DNA of 63,074 nt, the filler included, from Octopus bimaculoides (Eukaryota), in the NCBI RefSeq assembly GCF_001194135.2. It is 7 parts of 7 records of this genome, joined end to end, with 100 filler letters (N's around TTAATTAATTAA, not from the genome) between each part and the next. Parts side by side here need not be neighbours in the genome. Positions count along the whole stretch, not along the records: positions 35,651 to 42,932 come from NC_068984.1; positions 43,033 to 49,342 come from NW_026403497.1; positions 49,443 to 56,361 come from NC_068986.1; 4 more parts are not named here. One strand, given 5' to 3'. Each line of letters starts with the position of its first letter. The stretch's first letter is position 1. Below, piece by piece: positions 37,863-50,480 of this stretch. The notes under the pieces were generated by a model, which saw only the letters and a list, made by a program, of their open reading frames with translations, did not search any database and was not told the origin of the DNA. The translations under genes and the position numbers were made by a program.

Positions 37863-39800
37863 GATGTATGTATATATATATATATATATATATATNNNNN
37901 NNNNNNNNNNNNNNNNNNNNNNNNNNNNNNNNNNNNNNNNNNNNNNNNNNNNNNNNNNNNNNNNNNNNNNNNNNNNNNNNNNNNNNNNNNNNNNNNNNNN
38001 NNNNNNNNNNNNNNNNNNNNNNNNNNNNNNNNNNNTTCTTAGCTTTCTTTCATCAGTCAAGTCCCAGAAGTCATGACTATTTCGGGCAGTTACACTTGAG
38101 ATGGTTTGATCTGGTTGCCCCCAAAAAAGTCTAAGGTAAGAGCATCAGCCCCTTTTGTAAGAATAGTGAATGTGTACGGCAACAAAGACAAAAAAAAAAA
38201 AAAAAACCGAGAACATGGTACACAATTACGAATACAAACAACAAGAAATAACAACTGGTGTCTTTCGACTGAGAACGAATCAAAGTGAGCTGCCATTTAT
38301 GAAGTGAAAGCCTAAAGGTAGGAACATAGGAGATGGACACAAGATGTGTTGGTGGTTGGCAGTCAGGTTAAGAAAGATCATGGCTGGCCGGACACTGGTC
38401 ACGTGGAAGGAGGGGAGATGGGTAGGGGGCAGCAGGATTGAAGGATTAGAAAAAAAAAATCAGAGACAAAGAGAAAGGTACAGGGTAGATAAACGATAGG
38501 GAAATAGTGGGAGTTAAAGAGAGATGGCCAAGAAATGTGAGAAAGGGGGAGCGAGAAAAAGGAATAAAAATGAGAGGGGGAATAAAATATAGAATAAAAG
38601 TCATACAAAATTTAGATACACAACAAATACAGATATATATGCATACACAAACACATTTATATATAAATATATATATATGCGTGTGTGTGTGTGTGTGTGT
38701 GTGTGAGATGAAGAGTGAAAACACATTTTGTTTGTATTTTACTGAATTAAATTATTTCTAAGTGAATTGTTAAAATCAAATTGTTTCAAAATAATGACTG
38801 GCTTTAAGCCTTCAGTTAAGACAGACAGATATACTACAGCACAATGACGGCGGGGTAGCAACATTATAAATACATTAAGATATCTACATTATTGATATCT
38901 CCATCAGTGACCTATTTTTTTCATAAATATACTAGATAACAAGAGAAGTCACGTTATGTACTTTAAATATTCAATGTGAAATGGAGCATATATTTTCAAA
39001 AAATGTTGATATTTGAATTAAACATAAGTGTCATAATTGATTATTGAATAAAATTTGGCTATATTTCGCAATAAAAAGAAAGTTCTTTTATATTTTTCTT
39101 GTTCTGTCATATTTGTTGGACATTGGTAAATAGTTTAAAATTTGGCTGTAAATTCCCCACACAGAGGACTCATAGGGGGATTGGTCACAATAGAAGTGGC
39201 TCAGAAGGTGTGGAAAATGTAGTAGAGAAGCATAAAGTGGGTAAAAAGTAAAGGAGATGCACAAGAGAGAAGGGATTATAGAGACATGAGGATGTGTTAC
39301 TGCAGTTTCTTATACATAGGTCTAACGAGAGAATGAAGGTGATATATGATTTTCGGAGGTTACTTTAAGTTTTTGCATATACGTACATATACATTTGGTA
39401 CCAAATGAGACAGAAACATGTATCCATGACTGACTTATTATCACGCGATAATAAGACTGTCTCTTTCCTTAATGAAAATCTTGAGATTTTCTGCCCTTCT
39501 CATATGGAGCTAGTCTTCATTGTCATTTGGTACTTGTACCATATCCACAAGAGACAGAGATGATTTTAACAAATAAAAAAAATTATGTTCTATGGTATTT
39601 AATATACCTGTCTTTGCCTATGCTGTTGATATACAAGCCACTGACCATGCTGGATTATTTCTCTTAACTAAACTAATTTCTGCTTAATTAATTAATTTAT
39701 GCCTGCCTGACTGCCTGCCTACATACATACATACATATACAAGGAAGACCATTGCTGACCTTCAGGAACATTGTGCGCTCTACGACTAACTTACACTAAC

Positions 39801-39985
39801 TTATATTTTGCATTTGTGGCTCCGTTGGTGGCTGATGAGCCCTGCTCTCAACAAGCATACATGACTGCAAACATTGCAAACCAAGCTTTCCTCATTCACT
39901 ACACCAGCAGTGCACTTTCGAGCAGCACGCTTAAGTTCTTCATGCAGAGTACGTGCTCTCTCAAAAGTGTCACCCCACTTCCATA
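39801..39985 (-). mobile_element. RTE-like LINE 3' end with terminal C2H2 finger
   Basis: FERARTLHEELKRAARK...LVCNVCSHVCLLRAGLISHQRSH. Confidence 0.65.
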
Positions 39986-40735
39986 CATACATGCATACAT
40001 ACATCTCATCATCATCATCATCATCATTCTAATGCCCATTTTTCTATGCAAGGAAAGGTTGCCCAGAATTTGTTGAGCTAGATTTGCTATGGCCAGAAAA
40101 TTTTCCTGTCACCAACCGTCATCTGTTTCCCAGCAATGTAATATTTCCGCACACCATGGCCCGACAGGCTTTCATAGAAAATTGGAAACAAAAACAAGCA
40201 TGTATGACAATGACAATCATTTACAACTTTGAATGTCACTACAAGGAGACAGTAGCACACATGTGTACACACACAATGTACACACACATGTGCGTGTGCA
40301 GACACACATACACACACTGAAGGGCAAGCTCAGGATACTGAACCTTACAGAGGAAACGACGAAGGACCAAGATATCTGGCACATTGCTGTACTCAAGAAG
40401 ACCTGTCCTCCACACGAGAAGTGTTAAAGCTGCTCCTTCCTGATGAAGAGGATTGCCCTGAAAGAGCCCTGTGTTGGTGTCAGGTAAAAGGCATTTGTGC
40501 TGGTGCCATGTAAAAAACAGTTGTGCCAGTGCCACATTAAAAGCACCCAGCATAAAATGTAAAGTGGTTGGTGTTAGGAAGGGCATCCAGCCACAGAAAC
40601 CAAGCCAAACCAAACTGGAAATAGGTGCAGCTCTGGCTTGCCAGCACTGATCAAACTGTCCAACCCATGCCAGCATGGAAAACAGACATTATATGATGAT
40701 AATAATGTATAATGATGATGACAACAGGGTGTGTA

Positions 40736-40820
<85 letters not shown>

Positions 40821-41560
40821 GCAGTGAGCTTGCACAATCGTTAGCACGCTGGGCGAAATGCTTAGCAGTATTTCATCAACCGTTATGTTCTGAGTTCAAA
40901 TTCCACTGACGTTGACTTATCCTTTCAGGGTCGATTAAATACGTACCAGTTGCATACTGGGGTCGATGCAATAGACTTAATCTCTTTGCTTGTCCTTGTT
41001 TGTCCCCTTTATGTTCAGCCCCATGTGGGCAATAAAGAAATACACATATATATAACAAATGAAAGACAGAAGATGGAATATACGAGAATTTATTATTAAT
41101 CACGACAATCGCTTTGACACAGCTAGCATCAATCCTTCTTGGGTAGGACACTCAACAACTGGCTCGGAGCATTTGATGGTGCAGATGTATCTCAGTGGAT
41201 AATAAATAAATAAATAAATAAATACAACTTGTTAAAATGACTGTCCCGCAATGTAACTTTCAATTTTGTAGAGAGAAAAACAGCCAGACGGTGGAAATAA
41301 CTTCATTTATATGGGAGATCAAAGATAAAATCACAGATGACAAAAAGAGAAACGAACATGCAATCCAGCAAGAAAAGTATATATATATATATATATACAT
41401 ACATACACACACACACACGTGACAGACTTCTTTCAGTTTCTTTTGTGCGAATCCACACAAGGCCTTGGTGAAACAGAGGCTATAGTAGAAGACAAACCAA
41501 AGAGTCATGCGATGGAACTGAAACTAAAACCAAGTGATTGAGAAGCAAATTTCTCATCTA

Positions 41561-41767
41561 TATATAACAAAACAGGAAACTGTTCATTTTTTGGTATTAT
41601 TTTCTTCACCATCACATGTGTTTCATTTGCTAACAGGAATTACAAGGAATTTGTGATAAGAAATTCCTTACATGCCTATCTAACATGTAAAACATTTAGC
41701 AAATGAAATGTGTGTAATGGTGAATAAATAGTACCAAACAATTTGCAATTTCCTGTTTTGTTATGTG
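41561..41767. mobile_element. MITE-like element with about 72-bp imperfect terminal inverted repeats and a nested internal hairpin
   Basis: ataacaaaacaggaaa...tttcatttgctaa pairs with ttagcaaatgaaa...tttcctgttttgttat. The internal hairpin is aaggaattt/aaattcctt, and the ends are TA-rich. Confidence 0.7.
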
Positions 41768-42554
41768 ATAACTCTGAAAGTAATATTTCCAAATATTTCC
41801 ATATTTCTCAATTCTAATATGTATTATTAACTGGACTGCAATAATAGAATAACCAGATGTGCTTCAAGAAGGAACAGCTGGGACTTACCCTAACTAAAAC
41901 AATATACATACACATATATATATATATTTATATATATCATTCAACTATAGTAGTAGTTGAATAATATTCTTAAGGCCACAATTTCCTCACACGCAGCATC
42001 TTTCAGAGCTTGTCGCTAACTCAGTTCTTAACCAAATTGAAAACTCTTAACATTTTTGAAGAGTGCTGGTCCCTAGCTACATTTTGGCATTAAAGAAATT
42101 GATATTTGACCCAGTAGAAAAAAGTTTACATCAAAAGTTGTAGCAACGTTATAGGAGAGTAAGTAACACCACCAATACAACTTTAGATCTAAATAACTTT
42201 TTATATATATTTACCTCATATAATATATTTATCTTAGCTTCAATGATAGAAGAAAGCATGAAGAATTTTATAGTTTTGATTCCATGCAACAAAAATCTGT
42301 ATAAAAGAACTTGTGAGGTACATACAATATCACGAGAAAATATAACCAAAGCAAAAAAGTATAATTAAGTTCTTCATTTTAAAAGCAAACTATATTTTAA
42401 TTAACCTTGAATGATAGAGCTCAATTCAAGGAATTTTATTGTATCAATCTCATGCAATGAAGTTCTAAAAGTAAAAAGTTATGAGTTTTTCTTTCTTTCT
42501 CAAATTTGAAGGGTGATAATATAGTTCTATACATTTTTAGAGGCATCAAGCTGT

Positions 42555-42932
42555 TAGATCAGGTTATGAAAGTTACAACTAATTAGGGAGCGAATCAATT
42601 TAGATGAGATGCAGTTTGGGTTCGTGCCAGGTAAAAGCACTACTGATGCCGTATTTCTAGTGAGACAGCTGCAGGAGAAATACCTAGCTAAGGATAAACC
42701 TCTGTACCTGGCTTTCGTTGACATGGAGAAAGCCTTTGACAGGATCCCCCGATCCCTTATCTGGTGGTCAATGAGGAAACTTGGGATAGAAGAATGGTTA
42801 GTGAGAGCTGTGCGAGCCATGTACAGAGATGCTGCCAGTAAGGTGAGGGTTGGAAATGAGTACAGCAATGAATTCCGGGTAGAGATAGGGGTCCACCAAG
42901 GTTCCGTCCTCAGCCCCCTCTTATTTATCATA
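42555..42932 (+). mobile_element. RTE-clade LINE reverse transcriptase fragment, stop-free, truncated at an assembly spacer
   Basis: QFGFVPGKSTTDAVFLVRQLQEKY...LYLAFVDMEKAFDRIPR...GVHQGSVLSPLLF (RT motifs). Confidence 0.93.
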
Positions 42933-43032
42933 NNNNNNNNNNNNNNNNNNNNNNNNNNNNNNNNNNNNNNNNNNNNTTAATTAATTAANNNNNNNNNNNN
43001 NNNNNNNNNNNNNNNNNNNNNNNNNNNNNNNN
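42933..43032. other. Artificial 100-bp scaffold spacer
   Basis: 44 N + TTAATTAATTAA + 44 N. It truncates the RTE RT fragment. Confidence 0.95.
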
Positions 43033-44117
43033 ACAGTTTATACCACACTTCACTCAGAATCTTTCCTGCGTTGGATTTTGAGCCTACAGGGGACTTCGTA
43101 AGTACGTGAGTGTCCGTACCCACTGTTAAGATACAGGTGCGTGGTCCCCGACTTTACCTTGAAGCCTTTATTATTAAAATATCTTGATTATATTGTGAGG
43201 GTGCCTGGCATATGCGTTCCTTTGATTAGAATTTGGAACCTTTACATATTCTAATAACGGCTTCTACACAAAGAACGCATCACCATCGTATGCGGTTAGA
43301 AGTTCGCTTCCCAACCACATGGTTCCAGGCTCAGTTCTACTGTGTGGCACCTTGGGCAAGTGTCTTCTATTATAGCCTCGGGCCGGCCAAAGCCTTGCGT
43401 GTGGATTTGGTCGACGGAAACTGAAAGAAGCCTGTCGTATATAAATATATATGTGCGTGTGATGTACACACACACACACGCATACACAAACACAGACACA
43501 CATTTCTGTGTATCTTTGTGCTTGTGTTTGCCCCCAATCACCGTTTGACAACCGGTGTTGGTGTGTTTACGCCCCTGTAACTTAGCGGTTCGGCAAAAGA
43601 GACCGATAGAATAAATACCAGTAAAAATATAATAGAACCCAGTAAAAAATTAAAAGAAATAGATAGTCTGAATCCGATTAGAATTTCTAGGTTATAGGTT
43701 CGAAACCCCGCTTCACTCAAAAGAAGGTTTACATTTTGTATATCTTAGAAATGCATGTTCGCTTGTGTGTGTTTGTAAGACTCCGATGCAGTGACTTGGT
43801 CGAGCTGCGCTGTAAGTGATTGCTGTATCATTTTTTGTGGCTGTAGTAAGCAAGCTGCATCAGTGTGAGAGAGATAAGTTGATTTTAAAGGAGGGAATTG
43901 NNNNNNNNNNNNNNNNNNNNNNNNNNNNNNNNNNNNNNNNNNNNNNNNNNNNNNNNNNNNNNNNNNNNNNNNNNNNNNNNNNNNNNNNNNNNNNNNNNNN
44001 NNNNNNNNNNNNNNNNNNNNNNNNNNNNNNNNNNNNNNNNNNNNNNNNNNNNNNNNNNNNNNNNNNNNNNNNNNNNNNNNNNNNNNNNNNNNNNNNNNNN
44101 NNNNNNNNNNNNNNNNN

Positions 44118-44195
<78 letters not shown>

Positions 44196-44200
44196 TAGAA

Positions 44201-44236
<36 letters not shown>

Positions 44237-44334
44237 GGGGGAGAGAGAGAGGGGGAGAGAGAGAGAAAGAGAGAGAGGGAGAAAGAGAGAGAGGGAGAAA
44301 GAGAGAGAGAAGGAGAGAGAGGGAGAAAGAGAGA

Positions 44335-44370
<36 letters not shown>

Positions 44371-44832
44371 CAACCTGAAATTAAAGACCTTGTCAACCCC
44401 TCTAACAGCACTCGAGTGTAGACCAAAGACCATTTCTTTTCTGGATTCATAAGCAGTCTTTGGCTTCCAAATTTACATCCAATTATATTTAACAGATGTA
44501 AATAACCATCGTCCTTTTGATTTATTTATCTTATCACTACATTGTTCTTTATCTGCAGTTATCGTCATATCACTACATTATGGAACTGTTATCTCTGTCT
44601 CTTTTAGCTGTTTATAGTATGTACCTACTGTTTATTCATCTTCTTAAAACTGTTCTCTGTCTTCTTTTAAACCAAATTCCTTTTAGATGTATAATTTATC
44701 TGCTGTTGTTTTTCAATTCTAAATTATATTTGCCTAAGCGTTATCATTTTAGTTTTGTACAATATCTAGCTGAAATTTCTATATAAGTTGTAATGTTATA
44801 CAGCTGTACGTATGCCTGTGTTGTACAGTTGT

Positions 44833-45202
44833 TGTTGGCACTCCGTCGCTTACGACGTCAAGGGTTCCAGTTGATCCGATCAACGGAACAGCCTGCTCGT
44901 GAAATTAACGTGCAAGTGGCTGAGCACTCCACAGACACGTGTAACCCTTAACGTAGTTCTCGGGGATATTCAGCGTGACACAGTGTGACAAGGCTGACCC
45001 TTTGAATTACAGACACAACAGAAACAGGAAGAAAGAGTGAGAGAAAGTTGTGGTGAAAGAATACAGCAGGGTTCGCCACCATCCCCTGCCGGAGCCTCGT
45101 GGAGCTTTTAGGTGTTTTCGCTCAATAAACACTCACAACGCCCGGTCTGGGAATCGAAACCGCGAGTCCGCTGCCCTAACCACTGGGCCATTGCGCCTCC
45201 AC
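44833..45202 (-). mobile_element. SINE family C (tRNA-derived head) with a 12-bp TSD
   Basis: Minus-strand head gtggaggcgcaatggcccagtggttaggg...gtttcgattccc (A and B boxes) and a (caa)n tail. TSD ttgtacagttgt at 44821-44832 and 45203-45214. Confidence 0.92.
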
Positions 45203-46479
45203 TTGTACAGTTGTAGAAGCTGTGTTAATGTGAGAGCTGTATGTTTTGTATGTAGTTGTCGTGGTGCACTTCATATGTAATTCTTTATATTATCTTCGCC
45301 ATTGAAAGGTTACAAATGTTTTGATATGTCCTGTCAATATTTCTTTCTGGTGTCGTCTTTTGGCTTCCATTTGTCCAGGGGTTAGGGTTTCAAGCAGCCT
45401 CGACTTCAGGTATGTCTTCTGAGACTATAAAAGATTTTACGCTTAACCAAACAGTGCTTTTCACAATTGATTTACAGTTGTCATACCTGCTGCAATGAAG
45501 GACAAAATTTGGTGCAGCATCAGATTGAATGAATAACAAAATCCTTTGGTTCCCATGATAGTGGTTCCGGAAAATAAAGCATTTCTGTGAATTCTTCAAG
45601 TGTAAGAAATTCCGGTTTCCAAGACTTGCAGAGCTCTGAACCAATTTTTCAGTACAATCAGCTCTAAAAACCAGCGGGAAAATAGTGACTGAGACGAGCG
45701 GAAAATAAGTGTATTTACGTTTTCCTAGGGGGAAATTCTAATAAGAACCTGGGATCCTTCTATCAAGGTGGTTCATCTGCTTATTGACCATTAGCTGGGA
45801 CCTTAACCGGTGCTATTACTCTTGGTCAGAGTAAACTTAGGGACAATCTTGACCGACAGGTGAGTTCAAAAAAGCAAACATGCAAAAAAAAAAAAACCAC
45901 TTCAAGACATACATATATACATAGACACACATACACACATACACACACATATACACACATGCACATACTCGTGCATACATCCATACACACAAGCATGCAG
46001 CTGGGTATGCATACACAAACGCTCATATATGTGTAAATGTGCATATGTGCATGCAAGCGCATATGTGTATGTACGTGTCTTCGCAGAATTGGTGTATCGG
46101 TATAGACGAACATACATACACACAAGCATATATAGATACATACAATCAATTTTTTTTTTCTCCGTGTTTTTCTCCTTGTTTTTCTCCTTATTCTTTCTGT
46201 TGAAGAGCGTAGCTCGAAACNNNNNNNNNNGTATTCCCGAGCGTCATACTAATATATCCTTTTGTTATTTACACCACCTGTCCTCGTCTGTTGTTATTTT
46301 TTGTATATTCTCCCCCATAGATACATACAAACATGTATATCTGTGCATGCGTGCCCTTACTTGTGTGTATGTGTGTGTATGATTGTGTTTACAGGTATTG
46401 CGTGTGAATTATAAACATAAACACACACCATACACACTCATGTATATACACACAGACATATATACATAAATATACACAT

Positions 46480-46634
46480 ACGCAAATATATATATATATA
46501 TATATATACATATACATACATTTATATGTAAATATATGTATATATGCATATATATATATTCATATACATATATCTATGTACATATCTATACATACATATA
46601 TATATATATACATATATATTATATATATGTATAC

Positions 46635-46686
<52 letters not shown>

Positions 46687-47208
46687 NNNNNNNNNNNNNN
46701 NNNNNNNNNNNNNNNNNNNNNNNNNNNNNNNNNNNNNNNNNNNNNNNNNNNNNNNNNNNNNNNNNNNNNNNNNNNNNNNNNNNNNNNNNNNNNNNNNNNN
46801 NNNNNNNNNNNNNNNNNNNNNNNNNNNNNNNNNNNNNNNNNNNNNNNNNNNNNNNNNNNNNNNNNNNNNNNNNNNNNNNNNNNNNNNNNNNNNNNNNNNN
46901 NNNNNNNNNNNNNNNNNNNNNNNNNNNNNNNNNNNNNNNNNNNNNNNNNNNNNNNNNNNNNNNNNNNNNNNNNNNNNNNNNNNNNNNNNNNNNNNNNNNN
47001 NNNNNNNNNNNNNNNNNNNNNNNNNNNNNNNNNNNNNNNNNNNNNNNNNNNNNNNNNNNNNNNNNNNNNNNNNNNNNNNNNNNNNNNNNNNNNNNNNNNN
47101 NNNNNNNNNNNNNNNNNNNNNNNNNNNNNNNNNNNNNNNNNNNNNNNNNNNNNNNNNNNNNNNNNNNNNNNNNNNNNNNNNNNNNNNNNNNNNNNNNNNN
47201 NNNNNNNN

Positions 47209-47260
<52 letters not shown>

Positions 47261-47435
47261 GTATATATATATACATATATACATATATACACATACATAT
47301 TTATGCATACGTATATACATATAAACATACACATACATACATATATATATACACATATATACATATATATATATATATACATATATATACACACATACAT
47401 ATATATATATACGTATATACATATATATGTATATG
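46480..47435. repeat. Long compound (TA)n/(TACA)n/(CATA)n tract with an internal N gap
   Basis: Directly visible. Similar dinucleotide and tetranucleotide tracts occur throughout, e.g. 14091-14165 (GA)n, 18512-18601 (CA)n, 19475-19680 (ATCT/GTCT)n and 61035-61122 (TC)n. Confidence 0.95.
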
Positions 47436-48263
47436 TATGGCTACTGGTACTTATTTTATCGAATCCGAAAGGATGAAAGGCAAAGTCGACCTCGGCAGAA
47501 TTTGAACTCAGAACGTAAAGACAGACGATATACCGCTAAGCTTTCCCTTCCAGCTCACCCGCCTTGTATTTCAAGAAAGAATGACGAAACAATCCAATCA
47601 GGAACTTACAAATCCTCAAGATCCTGATGGCTGTATCGACGAGTTGGTCATTATTTGGAATACTTTATTCTGTTTCTCGTTTCAGACGTGATTAAATCAA
47701 AGATGCTGAAAATTTATTTACGATTTCAATATTTATCTAAAATCCAAAATCAAGAAATCACTTTTGAATTCTTCTAAAAGCTTTATCTTGTAATCCTGTC
47801 GGTTCTTTATTCAATCTAAAATATAATCCACAGGACTTTTTCTTTTACAGCCGCGTTTCATTGGTGAAGGATTTTGGTCTCGTGGTTACGGTGTCGTACT
47901 TACGATTGCAAGATAACGGTTTCGATTCCTGGCCGGGCGGTGTGTTGTGTTCTTGAGCAAAACACTTCATTTCACTTTGTTTCCGTCCCCTCAGCTGTGA
48001 ATGAATAACCCCCACAACAGAGTGGCGGCGTTCCGTTCAGGTGGAATGAATGAATGACTTCGCTACCATCAAATTACCGCGAAATGCTTTGCGGCATTTT
48101 TTCTGTGCTTACGTTCTGAATTCAAATGCTGCCGAGATCGACTTTGCCTTTCATCCTTTCGAGATCGATAAATTGAGTACCAGGGAAACGCTGGGGCTGG
48201 GGTCCATGTAATAGACTATCCCACTCTCCTAAATTTCAAGCCTTGTGCTCTTTGTATAAAGGA

Positions 48264-48357
48264 TTCTTCTTCTTCTTCTTCTTCTTCTTCTTCTTCTTCT
48301 TCTTCTTCTTCTTCTTCTTCTTCTTCTTCTTCTTCTTCTTCTTCTTCTTCTTCTTCT
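48264..48357. repeat. (TTC)n microsatellite
   Basis: Directly visible. It accounts for the poly-E ORF 48216..48524. Confidence 0.95.
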
Positions 48358-49342
48358 ACTGCTTCTTTCTCGTCAAAAATGTAGGTGACTGATGAAAAAA
48401 TATACGTATGTTTGTGTATGTATGTGTGTATGTATGTGCATGCGTATATGCACGTACATTGTGAATATATGCGTATGTTCATGTGAGTATATGCATATAT
48501 GTGCACGTATGCGTGTATGCGCATATGTGTGTGTGTGTGTATGTGTGTGTATGTGTGTGTGTATGTATGTGTGTGTCGTTATGTACACAATTTCGTCTTT
48601 GTGTGTCTGTATGTGTACCAGAGAAAAAAGCCGCCTATATTTTTTTATGTAACAAACAAACAAAGAACAAGTTTTACAATATTGCTTTTTTATCATTTAT
48701 TTTTCCCATCATTTAACGAAAAAAAAAAAATAAATAAAACGTTGAAGCAATTAGGATGTAATTAGCAGCAACCGTGTCGTTTTATGCTACGAATCACAAA
48801 AACAAAACAAACAAACAAACAAACAAACAAACAAACAGACATGCTAATAACAAAGCGCCACATACATGAACGAAAAACAAAGCAAACACAATGAGATAGA
48901 TGGAGAAATAGATGATGGAATAACGAAGAAGCTTCTAGCAGTTGACAAATTTTATCTGCCTCAAATATCTAATTAGATCTTTAACGGTTTGCCGCCGCCA
49001 AACGCTTGTGGTCTTCTTCTGCATTCAAAGATTTTTTTTAGAATATGGCTTTTTTTTTTCTTTTTTTTTTTTCGGAAGGTACAGCTATACAGATATCAAT
49101 TGATATTTCTTTCGTAGTGTGTGTGTGTATGTATGTATGTATGTATGTATGTATGTATGTATGTATGTATGTATTTATGTGTGTGTAAATATTAGGTTTG
49201 TATATGTACATGTATGTCTATATGTATGTATACGTGTATGTGAGAACATATGTATTTATATATATATAAATGTATATTTATGTATCAATTTATATATACA
49301 CACACATATATATGTAATATATGTATATATATGTATATATAT

Positions 49343-49442
49343 NNNNNNNNNNNNNNNNNNNNNNNNNNNNNNNNNNNNNNNNNNNNTTAATTAATTAANN
49401 NNNNNNNNNNNNNNNNNNNNNNNNNNNNNNNNNNNNNNNNNN
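49343..49442. other. Artificial 100-bp scaffold spacer
   Basis: 44 N + TTAATTAATTAA + 44 N. Confidence 0.95.
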
Positions 49443-49549
49443 AATCAAAGAAAACCTTAAATCAAAAATAGCTTATAAAGAAGGGCAGAGCCTGAATACC
49501 CAGAATAAATAATTAACTGTAAAATATTAATAAATTAATGAATTAAGAG

Positions 49550-49744
49550 ATATATCCGTTTAAAAAATGTTCACGCTAAATTGCATATACATTTAGCAAT
49601 ACATACACATACTAAACAATCTATAATATACGTATATACACTAAACATACAGACGTAGGTATATGGCTACATATATATACAGACATATATAGGCAAAACA
49701 TACGTACGCGCACAAAACCTCCTGGCGTATGCTTATCCAAGTTA
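49550..49744 (+). repeat. Direct repeat, copy 1 (copy 2 at 50793-50971)
   Basis: atatatccgtttaaaaaatgttcacgctaaattgc...cctggcgtatgcttatccaagtta. The two copies differ mainly by two short indels. Confidence 0.92.
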
Positions 49745-49959
49745 GTTGTTAAAGGCGAAAGAAAGAAAAGGAAAAAAATCAGGGAATAACAAGTGGGTGG
49801 GGTGGGGAGAAAAAAGGAGAAAAGAAGAAAAAGAAATGAAAGTCAAAGAAACAGAAAATTAGAGAGAGAAAGGGAAATATAGATAGAGGTAGAGAGAGTG
49901 AAATGATTCGTGTTCCAATAAGTATCTAATGAAAACGAAGCGTACACATATGGAAAAAA

Positions 49960-50480
49960 ATGAGGAAAATCTTAGAAAAACAACTCATCAAATGTAAAAG
50001 GCAACCCAAAACACTAAAACTCATTCTCACTGGAGCAAAAACACACAAAGAACCCCCAACTACCGCAAAATGCCGAAGAACAAACTGTAACATTTGCCGT
50101 TACTTAATTGAGGGACCAAAATTTAAATTCAAAGACGGCCAAAATTAAATCCAATCTCACCTGTGACGCAGAAAACCTGATCTACACAATCACATGCAAT
50201 GGTTGCCAACATAACTATATAGGTTAAACGGGCAGATCGTTACGCAACAGAATGACGACTCATCGCCAACAGATCCGAGACACAGACACAAGGAAAATTC
50301 CTTTAAGCAGTCACAGTGCAACCTCTGCAAGAATGGACTTGACCAATTTCAAAATCTTTCCCCCTCTACAAGTGCTCGGATCTTTTCAACCAACAACAAA
50401 GATTAAATAAAGGCAATTTATTAACAAATATGAGTCACAATTGAATATAGAACCAACCACTACCAATCAATAAATTAGAA
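49960..50480 (+). mobile_element. Penelope-like element remnant, GIY-YIG endonuclease
   Basis: KCRRTNCNICRYL (frameshift) IKSNLTCDAENLIYTITCNGCQHNYIG*TGRSLRNRMTTHRQQIR...PLSSH. Confidence 0.88.

Noticed and set aside
45140-45202. tRNA-like sequence with A and B boxes (also at about 58600-58665 and 23925-23990)
   Set aside because: These are SINE heads continuous with SINE bodies and TSDs, with no complete cloverleaf, so they are not called as tRNA genes.
45378-45390. GGGGTTAGGGTTT as telomeric repeat
   Set aside because: It is barely two units, too short to call an interstitial telomere.
45487-45663. 177-nt open minus-strand exon candidate (ADCTEKLVQSSASLG...)
   Set aside because: It has plausible splice sites but no recognisable homology or partner exon, and it lies inside the intron of a competing plus-strand candidate. 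I could not support it.
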